Origin: Candidatus Udaeobacter sp. | GTDB lineage: Bacteria > Patescibacteriota > Patescibacteriia > Magasanikbacterales > GWA2-37-8 | DNA: 64,000 nucleotides | Assembly (NCBI GenBank): GCA_035473115.1 | Contig: DATION010000005.1 | Location: 4,399 to 68,398, forward strand | Reading direction: 5' to 3' | In this document: in pieces, positions 39,725 to 50,193 of the stretch | Numbering within the stretch: position 1 is the first letter of the stretch | Layout: each line of letters opens with the position of its first letter | Made by a program: the position numbers and the translations under genes | The notes under the pieces: generated by a model | What the model was told of the DNA's origin: nothing | What the model saw: only the letters and a program-made list of their open reading frames with translations | Databases searched by the model: none

Positions 39725-40579
39725 TTATTTTCGTAAATATTTTGCTTTGTTGGCATTCTGCTCATCTAAAGTATGGCCGTAATGCATATGTCCGTCTTTG
39801 TCCGACAAGAAATACCAATAACTATTTTTCTCCGGATAGATAGCTGCTTTGATCGAGTCTAGTCCCGGATTAGAAATTGGACCAGGGGGCAAACCTTTGT
39901 ATTTATAGGTATTCCAAGGTGAATTAACATCCCGTTCTTTATCCGTAGTAAACACATCACCAGTCCTATCGACTGCATAATGGACACTAGAATCAACTTG
40001 CAAGGCCCAACCTTTGGCCAGACGGCGCCATAGAATATCAGCCACTATCGCTCTATCTTCAGGATATTTAACTTCTTTTTCAATAATACTGGCCATGGTT
40101 AAAATTTCATGAAAACTATGATTTTGTGCTGTTCCTATTACATCTACTACATCTACGCTTAATTCACCGTTTCTTTCTTTTAAGAATTTTTCAAATATAC
40201 TCTCCAGACTGCTATCTGCAAAAACTCGATAAGTTTCTGGAGCTAAATAGCCTTCATAGCTTAAATTATACGGTTTTAAATTCCAGACTCCTTCAACGCT
40301 GCTCAACAAACGCTTGGCTTCAAAATCAGAACGATAAACCTTGGCCGGAGAGCCGGAAATTTTATAAACATCTTCGGTAGTGCTGGCAAAACCTTTTAAA
40401 ACCAAATAATCGGCCACTTGCCGTAAATTCCAGCCGGGAATAATAGTTAAAACTACTTCCTCTCGCGGAGGCAAAGGAACATATTTTGGATGAACTCTTT
40501 GATAATACCAAACACTGCTAGCTGCGGCGGCTAAACAGATAAACATGGAAATCAAAATTGATTTTTGATTGAATGACAT
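39725..40579 (-). CDS. mltG: Endolytic murein transglycosylase MltG (YceG family)
   Basis: N-terminal TM anchor followed by a YceG-like domain. Confidence 0.8.
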   Translation of the reverse strand: MSFNQKSILISMFICLAAAASSVWYYQRVHPKYVPLPPREEVVLTIIPGWNLRQVADYLVLKGFASTTEDVYKISGSPAKVYRSDFEAKRLLSSVEGVWNLKPYNLSYEGYLAPETYRVFADSSLESIFEKFLKERNGELSVDVVDVIGTAQNHSFHEILTMASIIEKEVKYPEDRAIVADILWRRLAKGWALQVDSSVHYAVDRTGDVFTTDKERDVNSPWNTYKYKGLPPGPISNPGLDSIKAAIYPEKNSYWYFLSDKDGHMHYGHTLDEQNANKAKYLRK

Positions 40580-40597
40580 AAAAAATTAGCTAGTTTA

Positions 40598-40681
40598 ACC
40601 AATACTGATTTTTGCAGTGGCCATCGCACCCTCAGGAGAGTGCCCGCAGGGCATTTGGCTACAAGAAAATTAGTATTGGTT
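40598..40681. repeat. Palindromic repeat family 2, copy B, flanked by the 10-bp IR AACCAATACT/AGTATTGGTT
   Basis: Core TTTTTGCAGTGGCCATCGCACCCTCAGGAGAGTGCCCGCAGGGCATTTGGC. Lies between two minus-strand genes. Confidence 0.7.
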
Positions 40682-40689
40682 AAATATAT

Positions 40690-41382
40690 TTACTCAACCC
40701 AATTTTCTTTGGCCCATTCTAATCTTTCTGGCACGCCGATATCTACCCACGGCTTATCTGACTCATACACATACAGATCAGTCATTTTTGGAAAAACATC
40801 ATACTCAATACTAAATGATTTTTGATCTGGAAAATATTTTTTTGCTTGAGTGTTAAACAGATAAATTCCGCCATTTATATAACCCGGCTGGTGCAAGCCT
40901 TCTTTTTCTTTGAATTTTTTAAGATGAAAACTTTTGTTATATTCCAAAGTTCCATAACTGGCAGCATCTTCTACTTTTGACCCAAGAATAATTCCGTCGC
41001 TTTCCGGCAATAAATATTTTGCCATATCCGGCAAATCTATAGTAGTTAAAACATCACCGTTTAAGATAATGGTTGGATCGTTTTGCTTAGACAGGTATTC
41101 CCAAGCATGCTTAATGGCGCCACCAGTACCCAATTTTTCTTGCTCAATGGCATAAATTAAATCTACTCCGTCTTTGTGCAAACCAACAGTTTCGTGCAAA
41201 ACTTCAGCCAGATGACCGGCAGCCAAAACAACTTCGGTAATACCTAAACTTTTTAGTTTTTCCAGTTGCCACTGCAAAACTGTTTTGCCTTTAATTTCTA
41301 GTAAAATTTTTGGTATGCTTTTGGTAATTTCTCCCAAACGAGTAGATAAACCACCGCATAAAATTATAGCATTCAAATTCAT
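40690..41382 (-). CDS. Sugar-phosphate nucleotidyltransferase (NTP_transferase family)
   Basis: AIILCGGLSTRLGEITKSIPK signature. Start trimmed to MNLNAIIL, leaving a 4-nt overlap with the upstream gene. Confidence 0.75.
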   Translation of the reverse strand: MNLNAIILCGGLSTRLGEITKSIPKILLEIKGKTVLQWQLEKLKSLGITEVVLAAGHLAEVLHETVGLHKDGVDLIYAIEQEKLGTGGAIKHAWEYLSKQNDPTIILNGDVLTTIDLPDMAKYLLPESDGIILGSKVEDAASYGTLEYNKSFHLKKFKEKEGLHQPGYINGGIYLFNTQAKKYFPDQKSFSIEYDVFPKMTDLYVYESDKPWVDIGVPERLEWAKENWVE

Positions 41383-41903
41383 AGGAAACTCATTACACAA
41401 TAGGCTAAACTTGTAGCAAATAACGCTACGCCAATTCCACCCAAAATATCTAATGGATAATGCAACCCGGCATAAACCCTTCCCCAAACTACCCATAAAG
41501 CCATTATTAACAAAGCCCAAGCGCCGGGCAGATGAAAAAGAAAAGCCATAAAGGCGATAAGAAAAGCAGACATGCTATGATCGGAAGGGAAAGTTTTCCA
41601 ACTTGAAAGCGGTTTAAATAAAAGTTTAGTTTGCGGATAAGAAATATACGGACGAGGCTCGTGCAGAGATAAGCCGATCAAAAAATTTATTAGCCAGCTA
41701 ACTACCCAAGCTACAGCCAAAAAAATCAAAGGCAAAAATACCAACCTTTTGTCCGGCGCGCGATCTATTAAATCACTGGCAACATACCAGGCAACCATTG
41801 CCACTACCACTAATTCTGCGCCAGCTCGACCAAAACTATCCAATAACTTGGATTTGCCTGATAAACCATTAATTTTTAGGAAAATTTCTGTATTCATACC
41901 CAT
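41379..41903 (-). CDS. PAP2-family membrane phosphatase (undecaprenyl-diphosphate / phosphatidate phosphatase-like)
   Basis: PSDHS and RVYAGLHYPLD PAP2 motifs, with TM helices. Confidence 0.8.
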   Translation of the reverse strand: MGMNTEIFLKINGLSGKSKLLDSFGRAGAELVVVAMVAWYVASDLIDRAPDKRLVFLPLIFLAVAWVVSWLINFLIGLSLHEPRPYISYPQTKLLFKPLSSWKTFPSDHSMSAFLIAFMAFLFHLPGAWALLIMALWVVWGRVYAGLHYPLDILGGIGVALFATSLAYCVMSFL

Positions 41904-41999
41904 AAAAAGTAATGGTATTTTAACAGCTTAAAATACGTTTGGCAATGCTATATTAAGACTTGAAATTATTATAAATAATGCTATACTTACTCCAAAATT

Positions 42000-42072
42000 G
42001 CGCCTGTAACTCATCGGTTAGAGTGCCACCCTTATAAGGTGGAAGCAGATGGTTCGATTCCATCCAGGCGCA
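42000..42072 (+). tRNA. tRNA with anticodon UAU (tRNA-Ile, AUA-decoding)
   Basis: Hand-folded cloverleaf: acceptor GCGCCTG/CAGGCGC, D arm ACTC/GAGT, anticodon stem CCACC/GGTGG with loop CTTATAA (U33, UAU, A37), T arm GATGG-TTCGATT-CCATC, discriminator A. No encoded CCA. Confidence 0.75.
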
Positions 42073-42097
42073 CAAAACTTGTATTTTCTCTAAAAAA

Positions 42098-42148
42098 CAG
42101 ATGCATCTGCGTAGTTCGCGGAAAATGAAAATTTATTTTCATTTTCCG
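42098..42148. promoter_or_regulatory. Two adjacent perfect palindromes downstream of the tRNA: CAGATGCATCTG and the 14-bp-arm CGGAAAATGAAAAT-tt-ATTTTCATTTTCCG
   Basis: Seen in the sequence. They could be an operator, a terminator, or an attachment-site remnant. Confidence 0.4.
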
Positions 42149-42255
42149 GTTCTCTAACAGATATAATGTTTTTATTTAAAAATAAAATTTGCTTTATATA
42201 GTATTACAGCTATAATAAATTTATCTCCACTACTTACCCAGACAAGGAGTATTTT

Positions 42256-42690
42256 ATGTCAGTTAAATGGGAAGCTCCTCCCGATGGCAGAAAATGGGAA
42301 ATCCATCAATTACAAGGGGTGATAGCAAGGCAGGTAATAATTGACTATAGCTGGCCAATACTAAACTGGTGGATTTTGAAAAAAATTAACCGGTGGTTAA
42401 TGAAACCAGCGATCATAATCAGTATTGACGCGGAAGACTTGTTCATTTTCAATCAAATAGTGATCGAAGTCGAACCTTCGTTTCCATTTGGGATAGAAGG
42501 CAGAATAATGGTACAATTGGAAAATGAAGGGTGGTTTGAAAAATTCCCTGAAGGAACAAAGGTAAAGGTATCGCTAGGAATGCCTAAGGGCTGGGAAACG
42601 ATATTCACCAATAGCTACAGCATCGAGGTGCTACAGGTGGAACCTCTTCCTGATCCACAATCAGAGCTATTGGTGATAAATGAATTTTGA
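42256..42690 (+). CDS. Hypothetical protein, compositionally atypical, adjacent to the tRNA
   Basis: Strong SD AAGGAG 8 nt upstream. G/C-richer codon usage. Followed by a GC-rich hairpin (CCCGCCA...TGGCGGG) and a T5 run. Confidence 0.45.
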   Translation: MSVKWEAPPDGRKWEIHQLQGVIARQVIIDYSWPILNWWILKKINRWLMKPAIIISIDAEDLFIFNQIVIEVEPSFPFGIEGRIMVQLENEGWFEKFPEGTKVKVSLGMPKGWETIFTNSYSIEVLQVEPLPDPQSELLVINEF

Positions 42691-42795
42691 TTTCCGCCTC
42701 CCCCTCCCACCCGCCACGTCTCCGGACCTGGCGGGACAATGTTTTTAATAAGCCTTTTCTTTACTATTTTAAAGCAAAATGCTACAATTCACTTA

Positions 42796-43749
42796 ATGAA
42801 AACCTCAATTTTAAACAACATAAAAGTCTCAAAAACCAATGCCGACCAGCGGCTTGATGTTTTTTTAGCCAAAAAATTAAAAATAACCCGCTCACAAGTC
42901 CAGAAAATGATTGAGATGGAACAAGTTTTCGTAAATAATAAATTACCAAAAAAACCTGGTGACAATTTGAGAGCTGACGCGATTATTGAAATAAAAAAAG
43001 GCAAAATCACGGCCGCTGCTTCCGAAAAAAAATCAGAAGCCAAAATAAAATTTGACGTAAAAATTGTTGCCGAAACTCCGGATTATGTTGTAGTCGAAAA
43101 ACCTATCGGCATGCTGGTTCACCCAACTATGGCCGAAGAAAAAAATACTTTGGCTAATTTTATAGTCAAAAAATATCCAGCCATAAAAAAAGTTGGCGAT
43201 GATCCAATGCGTCCGGGTATAGTTCACCGACTCGATAAAGAAGCTTCCGGACTAATGGTAATTGCTCGAACACAAAAAATGTTCAACCACTTAAAAGAGC
43301 AATTTAAAAACCGAACCATTACCAAAGAATATATCGCTTTGGTTCATGGACCAATGCCAAGAAATTGGGACGAAATTAACTTCCCGATATCTAGATCCGA
43401 GACATCTGATCGCATGGCTGCTATCCCCACTAGTGAAGCCGAGCGCGGCAAAGAAGCTAAAACAGAATTTTTGGTAGAAAAAAATTATGTAAATTTTTCT
43501 CTGCTGCGGATAAAAATCCATACTGGCCGTATGCACCAAATTCGTGTTCATATGCTGGCCTACAATCACCCGCTGGTTGGCGATCCGCTATATTTTCAAA
43601 AAAAACAAAAACGAGTTTGGGACGAAAGATTAGGTAGGCTTTTTTTACACTCCACCAAGCTCGGCTTCGTTGATCTGGCCGGAGAAACTCAGGAATTTTT
43701 ATCCCCTTTACCAAAGGAGTTAGATGAATTCTTAAAATTATTAAAGTAA
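42796..43749 (+). CDS. rluD: RluA-family 23S rRNA pseudouridine synthase (RluD-like, with S4 domain)
   Basis: S4 domain (LDVFLAKKLKITRSQVQKMI) and the catalytic HRLDKEASGLMVIART. Start trimmed to MKTSILNN. Confidence 0.85.
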   Translation: MKTSILNNIKVSKTNADQRLDVFLAKKLKITRSQVQKMIEMEQVFVNNKLPKKPGDNLRADAIIEIKKGKITAAASEKKSEAKIKFDVKIVAETPDYVVVEKPIGMLVHPTMAEEKNTLANFIVKKYPAIKKVGDDPMRPGIVHRLDKEASGLMVIARTQKMFNHLKEQFKNRTITKEYIALVHGPMPRNWDEINFPISRSETSDRMAAIPTSEAERGKEAKTEFLVEKNYVNFSLLRIKIHTGRMHQIRVHMLAYNHPLVGDPLYFQKKQKRVWDERLGRLFLHSTKLGFVDLAGETQEFLSPLPKELDEFLKLLK

Positions 43750-43750
43750 T

Positions 43751-44347
43751 ATGTCGGACAATCAGGGTTTATTTGTAATAATTTCTTCACCAACCGGTGG
43801 CGGCAAGGATACAGTCATAGAACATTTAGTAAAAATATTTCCCAACTCCACTCGACTTATTACTACCACTTCACGCTCGCCTCGCCCCACCGACCAACAA
43901 GGCGTGACTTATAATTTTATCTCTAAAGAAGACTTTGAAGCCAAAATAAAACAAGATTATTTTTTGGAATACAATAATTTTGCCGGCAATTATTATGGCA
44001 CTCCTAAAAATTATTTATCAAATCTCTTAAAGCAGCATTCTCTGGTTTTCTCTAATATCGATGTCAACGGCAAACATAGCCTGGACCGATTAGAAATAGC
44101 CAACTTATCATGTTTTCTTCTGCCAGAAAGCATGGAAATCCTAAAAAACCGGGCTAAAAAGCGCGGTGGCATGACCGAACAGATGCTTGAAGATAGAATG
44201 AAAATCGGTCTGGAAGAGATAGCCAAGGCCAAAGACTATGATTATCAGGTTACTAACTATGAAGGAAAGCTAGACCAAACCGTAGACACTATAGCTAAAA
44301 TTATCAAAAAACACCTAGGAAATAGCCTACCAGTTGACAAAAAATAA
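43751..44347 (+). CDS. gmk: Guanylate kinase
   Basis: P-loop SSPTGGGKDT and a GMP-binding region (TTTSRSPRP...YNF). Confidence 0.88.
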   Translation: MSDNQGLFVIISSPTGGGKDTVIEHLVKIFPNSTRLITTTSRSPRPTDQQGVTYNFISKEDFEAKIKQDYFLEYNNFAGNYYGTPKNYLSNLLKQHSLVFSNIDVNGKHSLDRLEIANLSCFLLPESMEILKNRAKKRGGMTEQMLEDRMKIGLEEIAKAKDYDYQVTNYEGKLDQTVDTIAKIIKKHLGNSLPVDKK

Positions 44348-44398
44348 ATAATAGGCTAAGATATGCCAACAAACAGTTAAACCTAAGTTATTATTTTT

Positions 44399-44734
44399 AT
44401 GACAGAAGCTACAGCAACTACCGCCTATAAACCGGGAATGGTAGTCAAAGTTCACCAAAAAATCAAAGAAACCAATACTAAAGGAGAAGAAAAGGAACGT
44501 GTCCAGATTTTTGAAGGCATAATTATTGCCGCCAAACACGGCCAAGAATCCGGCGGCACAATTACCGTTCGCAAAATTGCCAGCGGTGTGGGTGTAGAAA
44601 AAATTTTCCCTATTCACTCCCCTGCTATCAGCAAAATCGAAGTAGTAAAACAATATGAAGTTAGCCGCGCTAAATTAAACTTCTTACGCGATCCGGAATT
44701 TAAACGAAAAATGAAAGAAAAGAAAGTAGCTTAA
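44399..44734 (+). CDS. rplS: 50S ribosomal protein L19
   Basis: RVQIFEGIIIA...ITVRKIASGVGVEKIFPIHSPAISKIEVV. Confidence 0.9.
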   Translation: MTEATATTAYKPGMVVKVHQKIKETNTKGEEKERVQIFEGIIIAAKHGQESGGTITVRKIASGVGVEKIFPIHSPAISKIEVVKQYEVSRAKLNFLRDPEFKRKMKEKKVA

Positions 44735-44745
44735 AAAATACCAAA

Positions 44746-44773
44746 CTAAAAACCTCCTACTCGGGAGGTTTTT
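44746..44773. terminator. Bidirectional terminator (A5-CCTCC-TACTCG-GGAGG-T5) between the convergent rplS and uvrA
   Basis: Seen in the sequence. Confidence 0.65.
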
Positions 44774-44788
44774 AGTTTATATTCAAAT

Positions 44789-47632
44789 CTAAATTGTCTT
44801 TAGGTATTTGCCTGTCCAACTATCTTTAGCTTTCATTACTTCTTTTGGCGTGCCTTGAGCAACCAACCGGCCGCCATGACGGCCGCCTCCCGGACCCATA
44901 TCAATTATCCAATCCGAACAAGCAATTATTTCCAAATTATGTTCAATAATCACCACGGTATTGCCTTTGCTTACCAAACGATTAAGCACCTGCAAAAGAT
45001 GTTTAATATCTTCAAAATGCAGACCAGTAGTTGGTTCATCTAAAATATATAAAGTTCTGCCAGTAGAGCTGCGCGATAATTCTGTAGCTAACTTTACCCG
45101 CTGGGCTTCACCACCGGATAAATTGGTCGCTGGCTGACCTAAATGCATATAACCTAAGCCGACCTCGCGCAAAATGTTAAGCTTATCGGCAATATTTGAT
45201 ACATCGCTAAAAAAGGTTCGGGCTTCATCTACGGTCATGTTTAAAACATCGGCAATATTTTTATTGCGATAGTGGACTTCTAAAGCTTCTTTGTTATAGC
45301 GAGCGCCATCACATTCATTGCACTGCACATAAACATCAGCCAAAAACTGCATCGGAATTCGCATATAGCCTTCACCAGCGCAAGCTTCACAGCGGCCACC
45401 GCCTTTGACATTAAAACTAAACTTGCCGGCATCGTAGTTGTTCATTCTTGCTTCCGGCAGATCGGCAAATAAATCTCTGATTAAAGTAAAGACACCGGTA
45501 TAAGTGGCTGGGCTGGAACGCGGGGTGCGGCCAATTGGCGATTGATTAATGGCAATGACTTTATCTATATTAGCTATGCCTTTAATATCTTTATGCTCAC
45601 CCGGTTCGTCTTTGGCGCGATAAAAATGCTTAGACAAAGCTTTGCCCAAAATATCTATCACCAAAGTTGATTTTCCAGAACCGGAAACTCCGGTTACACA
45701 AACCAATTTACCCAGCGGAATTTCCACATCCACGTTTTGCAAATTAAAAGCTTTAGCACCAATTATTTTTAATGATTTTTTATCAGCTGATTTTTTACCA
45801 GCTTCTGGGGCGCAAGTTATTTTTTCCCGACCGGATAAATAATCACCGGTTAAAGAATTTTTTGTCTTTTTTATCTGCGCTACTGTGCCTTGAGCCATAA
45901 TCTGTCCGCCGCCCACACCAGCCCCCGGGCCAACATCGATTATATAATCTGCCGCTTCCATCATGGCGCTGTCATGCTCGACCACAATCACGCTATTACC
46001 CATATCACGCAGCGATCTGAGAGTTTCGATTAACATTTTATTATCTTTTGGATGCAAACCAATGCTTGGTTCGTCTAAAATATATATAACACCAATTAAC
46101 CCGGTAGAAAGCTGAGTAGCCAATCTGGTACGGGTCACTTCTCCGCCGGATAAAGTATTCATTGATCTGTCTAAAGCCAAATAATTCAGACCCACTTTTC
46201 CTAAGCTTTCCAATCTTTGCAAGATTTCTTTTAAGACAGGCTTGGCAATCATGGTTCTTTGAGCTTGGCTTAGTCCGGTTGAACCCACAGTGTTCAAAAT
46301 TTTTGTCGGCATTACTTTAAAAAAAGCAATATTGTCTTCAATGCTTAAGGCCGATAAATCAGCAATATTATAATCGCCTATTTTAACAGCCAAAGAATTT
46401 TTGTTTAAACGCTTACCTTCGCAAACCGGACAAACAGTTTCTCGCATATACTGCTCAATCTCTTTGCGTACATACTCGGAATCGGTTTCCAGATGTCTCT
46501 GCAATAAATTGGGAATAACACCAGAAAAAACTGTTTTCTTGCCATCAACTATATATTCTTCATTCCCAGTGCCCTGCAAAATTATATTTTTTATTTTTTG
46601 ATCGAATTCTTTGACCGGAGTATTTATAGAAAAACTATGCTTTTCGGCTACAGCGGCAATAATTTTGTGATACCAATTTTGATTGCCGGTAATTCTCATC
46701 CACGGCTGAATCGCGCCTTCGGCCAAAGTTAAACGATCATTGGGAATAACCAACTGTTCATCTACTTCTTGGGTAATGCCCAAACCAGTGCAGCGCGGAC
46801 AGGCTCCATAAGGACTGTTAAAGCTGAAGCTGCGCATATCAAGCGGCGGCACTACTTTGCCGCACTTTGGACATAAGCCAATGGTAGAAAAAGTTTCATC
46901 TTTTTTATTATTAGAAACTATTACCAAACCATTGCTTAAATCCAGAGCCACTTCTACCATCTTCATTAAATCCTGCTTTTTAACATCTTCAATCTTTCCT
47001 ACCATCAAATCAACATTGTATGTTTTATCCTCAAAAAATTTAAACTTGGCCAAATCATTTATTTTCATCAATTCACCATTTACTCGCACCCATTCATAGC
47101 CTGATTTTTCTACTTTTTCCAACAGACTGCCGGCTTTAACTTTAGCCGCTTTCACTAAAGGAGAAAGCACCAGCAGCTCCCCATCTTTTCTGGTTCGGCG
47201 GCGAATTTCTTCCAAAATAGATCCGGGCGTATAAAAACGCACAGCTTCATGACAATCCGGACAGTACTGTTGGCCGATTTTAGAAAACAACAAACGCAAA
47301 TAATCATAGATTTCGGTGACGGTACCGACAGTGGAACGAGGATTTTGCGTATAACTTTTTTGATCAATGGCAATAGTTGGTGACAAACCATCAATACTAT
47401 CTACGTCCGGCTTATCCCGCACTTCCATGAATTGGCGGGCGTAAGAAGAAAGCGATTCGGCATAACGGCGCTGGCCTTCGGCATAAATAGTATCAAAAGC
47501 TAGGCTGGATTTTCCTGAACCTGATAAACCGGTAATTACCACCAATTTATTTTTAGGAATTTCTAAAGAAACGTTTTTTAAATTATGAACACGAGCGCCT
47601 TTAATGATGAGTTTATCGTGTTGATTTGGCAT
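44789..47632 (-). CDS. uvrA: Excinuclease ABC subunit A
   Basis: Two ABC ATPase modules with zinc fingers. Start trimmed to [21 protein letters not shown]. Confidence 0.93.
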   Translation of the reverse strand: MPNQHDKLIIKGARVHNLKNVSLEIPKNKLVVITGLSGSGKSSLAFDTIYAEGQRRYAESLSSYARQFMEVRDKPDVDSIDGLSPTIAIDQKSYTQNPRSTVGTVTEIYDYLRLLFSKIGQQYCPDCHEAVRFYTPGSILEEIRRRTRKDGELLVLSPLVKAAKVKAGSLLEKVEKSGYEWVRVNGELMKINDLAKFKFFEDKTYNVDLMVGKIEDVKKQDLMKMVEVALDLSNGLVIVSNNKKDETFSTIGLCPKCGKVVPPLDMRSFSFNSPYGACPRCTGLGITQEVDEQLVIPNDRLTLAEGAIQPWMRITGNQNWYHKIIAAVAEKHSFSINTPVKEFDQKIKNIILQGTGNEEYIVDGKKTVFSGVIPNLLQRHLETDSEYVRKEIEQYMRETVCPVCEGKRLNKNSLAVKIGDYNIADLSALSIEDNIAFFKVMPTKILNTVGSTGLSQAQRTMIAKPVLKEILQRLESLGKVGLNYLALDRSMNTLSGGEVTRTRLATQLSTGLIGVIYILDEPSIGLHPKDNKMLIETLRSLRDMGNSVIVVEHDSAMMEAADYIIDVGPGAGVGGGQIMAQGTVAQIKKTKNSLTGDYLSGREKITCAPEAGKKSADKKSLKIIGAKAFNLQNVDVEIPLGKLVCVTGVSGSGKSTLVIDILGKALSKHFYRAKDEPGEHKDIKGIANIDKVIAINQSPIGRTPRSSPATYTGVFTLIRDLFADLPEARMNNYDAGKFSFNVKGGGRCEACAGEGYMRIPMQFLADVYVQCNECDGARYNKEALEVHYRNKNIADVLNMTVDEARTFFSDVSNIADKLNILREVGLGYMHLGQPATNLSGGEAQRVKLATELSRSSTGRTLYILDEPTTGLHFEDIKHLLQVLNRLVSKGNTVVIIEHNLEIIACSDWIIDMGPGGGRHGGRLVAQGTPKEVMKAKDSWTGKYLKTI

Positions 47633-47677
47633 ATTTACAGAAAAAGTATGAATAAAAGACAAAAATGTTGACGAGTC

Positions 47678-47707
47678 ATTATAGCCATTTTTTTAATGTC
47701 TTGTCAA
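47678..47707 (-). promoter_or_regulatory. Near-consensus sigma70 promoter for uvrA (TTGACA, 18-nt spacer, TATAAT)
   Basis: Read on the minus strand. Confidence 0.5.
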
Positions 47708-47730
47708 CCCATAGAGCGCCAATACCAAAA

Positions 47731-47757
47731 AAGCCCCGCCAACTGAATTGGCGAGGC
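47731..47757 (-). terminator. Rho-independent terminator for the 47776-49248 gene (AGCCTCGCCAA/TTGGCGGGGCT plus a T-run)
   Basis: Seen on the minus strand. Confidence 0.55.
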
Positions 47758-47775
47758 TTTCATAAAATAACTTTA

Positions 47776-49248
47776 TTATCGATATTTGCTCTCCCAATAA
47801 GCTTTATTTTTGTTGGTTATTTCATTGCCAGAATCCTCCACGCCAGCCACATCTAAATCTAAACGTGCGCCTTTGATAATTTCATCCAGAGAAAATAAAT
47901 ATTTTTGGTCAACTTTATAAACCGAATCAGCCATAGCTGAGTACCTACCTAAATCAACGCCGCCTTTGCCAATTAAGTGCGGTTTATTACCGACAACAAT
48001 TGAATTTTTTATCATATTAAAATCAGCCACAAACCCTTTGACACCATCTGCTCCGTTGCCAGCTCCAAACTGATCACAACGATGCATGGCTTCGTTGATA
48101 ACATCGGAAGCTTTTGAACTTACCGCATACCGACCTTCAGCCGTTGTGCCTCTGCCATCATCTCCAAACTCAAGAGTGGTAAGAAAATCTGTTAAGGCTT
48201 GATGCGAACTGCCCCAATTATGAACCAGTTGGCTTAGATCTTTACATACTACCATCAGCTGAATCTTGCCTGTTGGTGGACAATCCCATGGACCGCCAAG
48301 ATCACCGGCTTGATTTGATATAGCTCCTTCAAAGAAGCCGCAATTTTTTAAAGGACTGGTATAAGATATTCTGCCTGCCAAGCGCACATCACCACATTCA
48401 TAAAACTTTCCATCTTCAGAAAAACAAGATTTTTGATTACCATTTTCTATCGGACAAATATCACCCCGACAATCAGTCTCGCCGCCATTTTCGGCAAAAA
48501 ATCTGCTGCCGCAAGCAAACTGCGGTTCAGTTTTTGGATTTATCCATTTAAATCCGTCCTCTTTGCCGGCGGCAGCGGCAGTAGAAATTGGCGTAGTCTG
48601 CGTTTCTTTGGGAGCGGCGAACATAAATTTAATTGTGCCACTGTTAGCCCCTTCAATGTCAGCGCAAAACTCCGGCATCAAGCTCTGTGATCTGATCAGC
48701 CAAACCTGCGGCAGACGCAAATTAACTAACGCCGGGTTAATTGTGTTTAGAATAAAATAAGACATGTAAGCGATAAAAAGACCGATAAAAGCTCCGCCAA
48801 TTCTTTTTTTGGCGCTGCTGATAGCTTCGCTATTGCCGCCCGAAGTGATCCATTGCGCTCCGGCGATAACAATCACAATCACGGCCACGATACTGGCAAT
48901 GCTTAAAAGGTATTTATACATTAAAACTATAAATTCGCCGACATTGGAAAATTCTGATTTACCACCAAAAGAAATTTCGGTTTTGCTTGTTCCGGCCGGC
49001 AAACATTTACCCCACTGATCATCGCCTTCGCCGCCTGTGCAAGGAGCAGCCGAAGCGTCAGAAATAAACCCGCTGCTATTGTCAGCCGCCCCAAACTGTT
49101 TCCTAATTGTCTCGCAAGCTTTTCTATGCCAGCAAAAAGGGTTAAGTTCGGGCAACTGACTATTAGGATCGGTAGTGGCGGCGCTGGCCGAAAAAGAGAT
49201 AAAAAAACTAAATAAAATTATTGCGCTGATTGTTATTTTTTTTAACAT
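47776..49248 (-). CDS. Cys-rich secreted/membrane protein; paralog of 21802-23265 across the two-TM pilin-like module, with a different Cys-rich C-terminal domain
   Basis: Signal peptide and Cys-rich segment, then IASIVAVIVIVIAGAQWITSGG...IGLFIAYMSYFILNTINPALV. This is about 50% identical over ~75 aa to the module in the 21802 protein. Confidence 0.6.
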   Translation of the reverse strand: MLKKITISAIILFSFFISFSASAATTDPNSQLPELNPFCWHRKACETIRKQFGAADNSSGFISDASAAPCTGGEGDDQWGKCLPAGTSKTEISFGGKSEFSNVGEFIVLMYKYLLSIASIVAVIVIVIAGAQWITSGGNSEAISSAKKRIGGAFIGLFIAYMSYFILNTINPALVNLRLPQVWLIRSQSLMPEFCADIEGANSGTIKFMFAAPKETQTTPISTAAAAGKEDGFKWINPKTEPQFACGSRFFAENGGETDCRGDICPIENGNQKSCFSEDGKFYECGDVRLAGRISYTSPLKNCGFFEGAISNQAGDLGGPWDCPPTGKIQLMVVCKDLSQLVHNWGSSHQALTDFLTTLEFGDDGRGTTAEGRYAVSSKASDVINEAMHRCDQFGAGNGADGVKGFVADFNMIKNSIVVGNKPHLIGKGGVDLGRYSAMADSVYKVDQKYLFSLDEIIKGARLDLDVAGVEDSGNEITNKNKAYWESKYR

Positions 49249-49269
49249 AAAATTATAATGGCAAATTTT

Positions 49270-49992
49270 TTACAATTCTTTAACCAATTTTTCCCATGCT
49301 TCCCACGGCACTACGCCTTGCGTTTTTTGGCCGTTGATAAAAAAAGTTGGTGTCCCACCTACGCCAAACCTATAACCATCAGCATAATCACGATTTACTT
49401 TGGTGGCAGTCTGATTGTTGGTTAAACATTTTTGTAATTTATCTAAATCCAGATCATTTTGCGAAGCCAGGTTGGCTATATCTGTCGGCGAAAGAGTGAC
49501 CGGCAAAGCATCTTGCTGAGCAAACAAATAATTATGAGTTTTCCAATATTTCCCCTGCTCGTAAGCGCAGACGGCAATTTGTGATAACTTGTCAGTGCCG
49601 GGATGAAGAGATTTGGCCGGAAAATTTCTAAAAATTAATTTTATTTTATAGCCGTATTGATTGGCCAGCCTTTCCATTGTCGGCCAAACTTCTTTGGTAA
49701 ACGGACAGCGAAAATCACCAAAAACCACTATGGTTATGGGTGCGTTAGGATTGCCTAAATAAGGAAAATCGCCTTTTTCCAAAACAGACCTATCTATTTT
49801 TTCTTGGCTCTGGTTGCCGCCCTGCAAAGCGGTAAAGCCACCATAGACCTGCTGCTGCAACAAGCTGCCTTGACCATGTTTTATTTGCCACCAAAATTTA
49901 ACGGTAATAGCGCCAAAAGCAAGCACAACAAAAAGCACCAAACCACCTAAACCTAAAAGGGCTACGCCCCACCCTGTTTGATACCAACGCAT
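49270..49992 (-). CDS. DsbA-like thioredoxin-fold protein, membrane anchored, CxxT variant motif (CPFT)
   Basis: N-terminal TM, then FGDFRCPFTKEVW in a thioredoxin-fold context. Immediately upstream of its Cys-rich partner gene. Confidence 0.6.
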   Translation of the reverse strand: MRWYQTGWGVALLGLGGLVLFVVLAFGAITVKFWWQIKHGQGSLLQQQVYGGFTALQGGNQSQEKIDRSVLEKGDFPYLGNPNAPITIVVFGDFRCPFTKEVWPTMERLANQYGYKIKLIFRNFPAKSLHPGTDKLSQIAVCAYEQGKYWKTHNYLFAQQDALPVTLSPTDIANLASQNDLDLDKLQKCLTNNQTATKVNRDYADGYRFGVGGTPTFFINGQKTQGVVPWEAWEKLVKEL

Positions 49993-50134
49993 AGATTAAC
50001 AAATATAACAGTGTAAAATTAAGGCTAAATTATGGTAATATTATACTACATATATAACAAACAACAAAACATTAACCATATTAATAAACAGGTTGTTTCG
50101 CTAAATTTTTACTATAAACCAGTGCCCAGCCTGG

Positions 50135-50163
50135 TTGACAAACTTTCTGATTAATGATACAAT
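50135..50163 (+). promoter_or_regulatory. Sigma70-type promoter for secG (TTGACA, 17-nt spacer, TACAAT)
   Basis: Seen in the sequence. Confidence 0.5.
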
Positions 50164-50193
50164 GAACTTACTCTAAAATGCTTCCTAAATATT

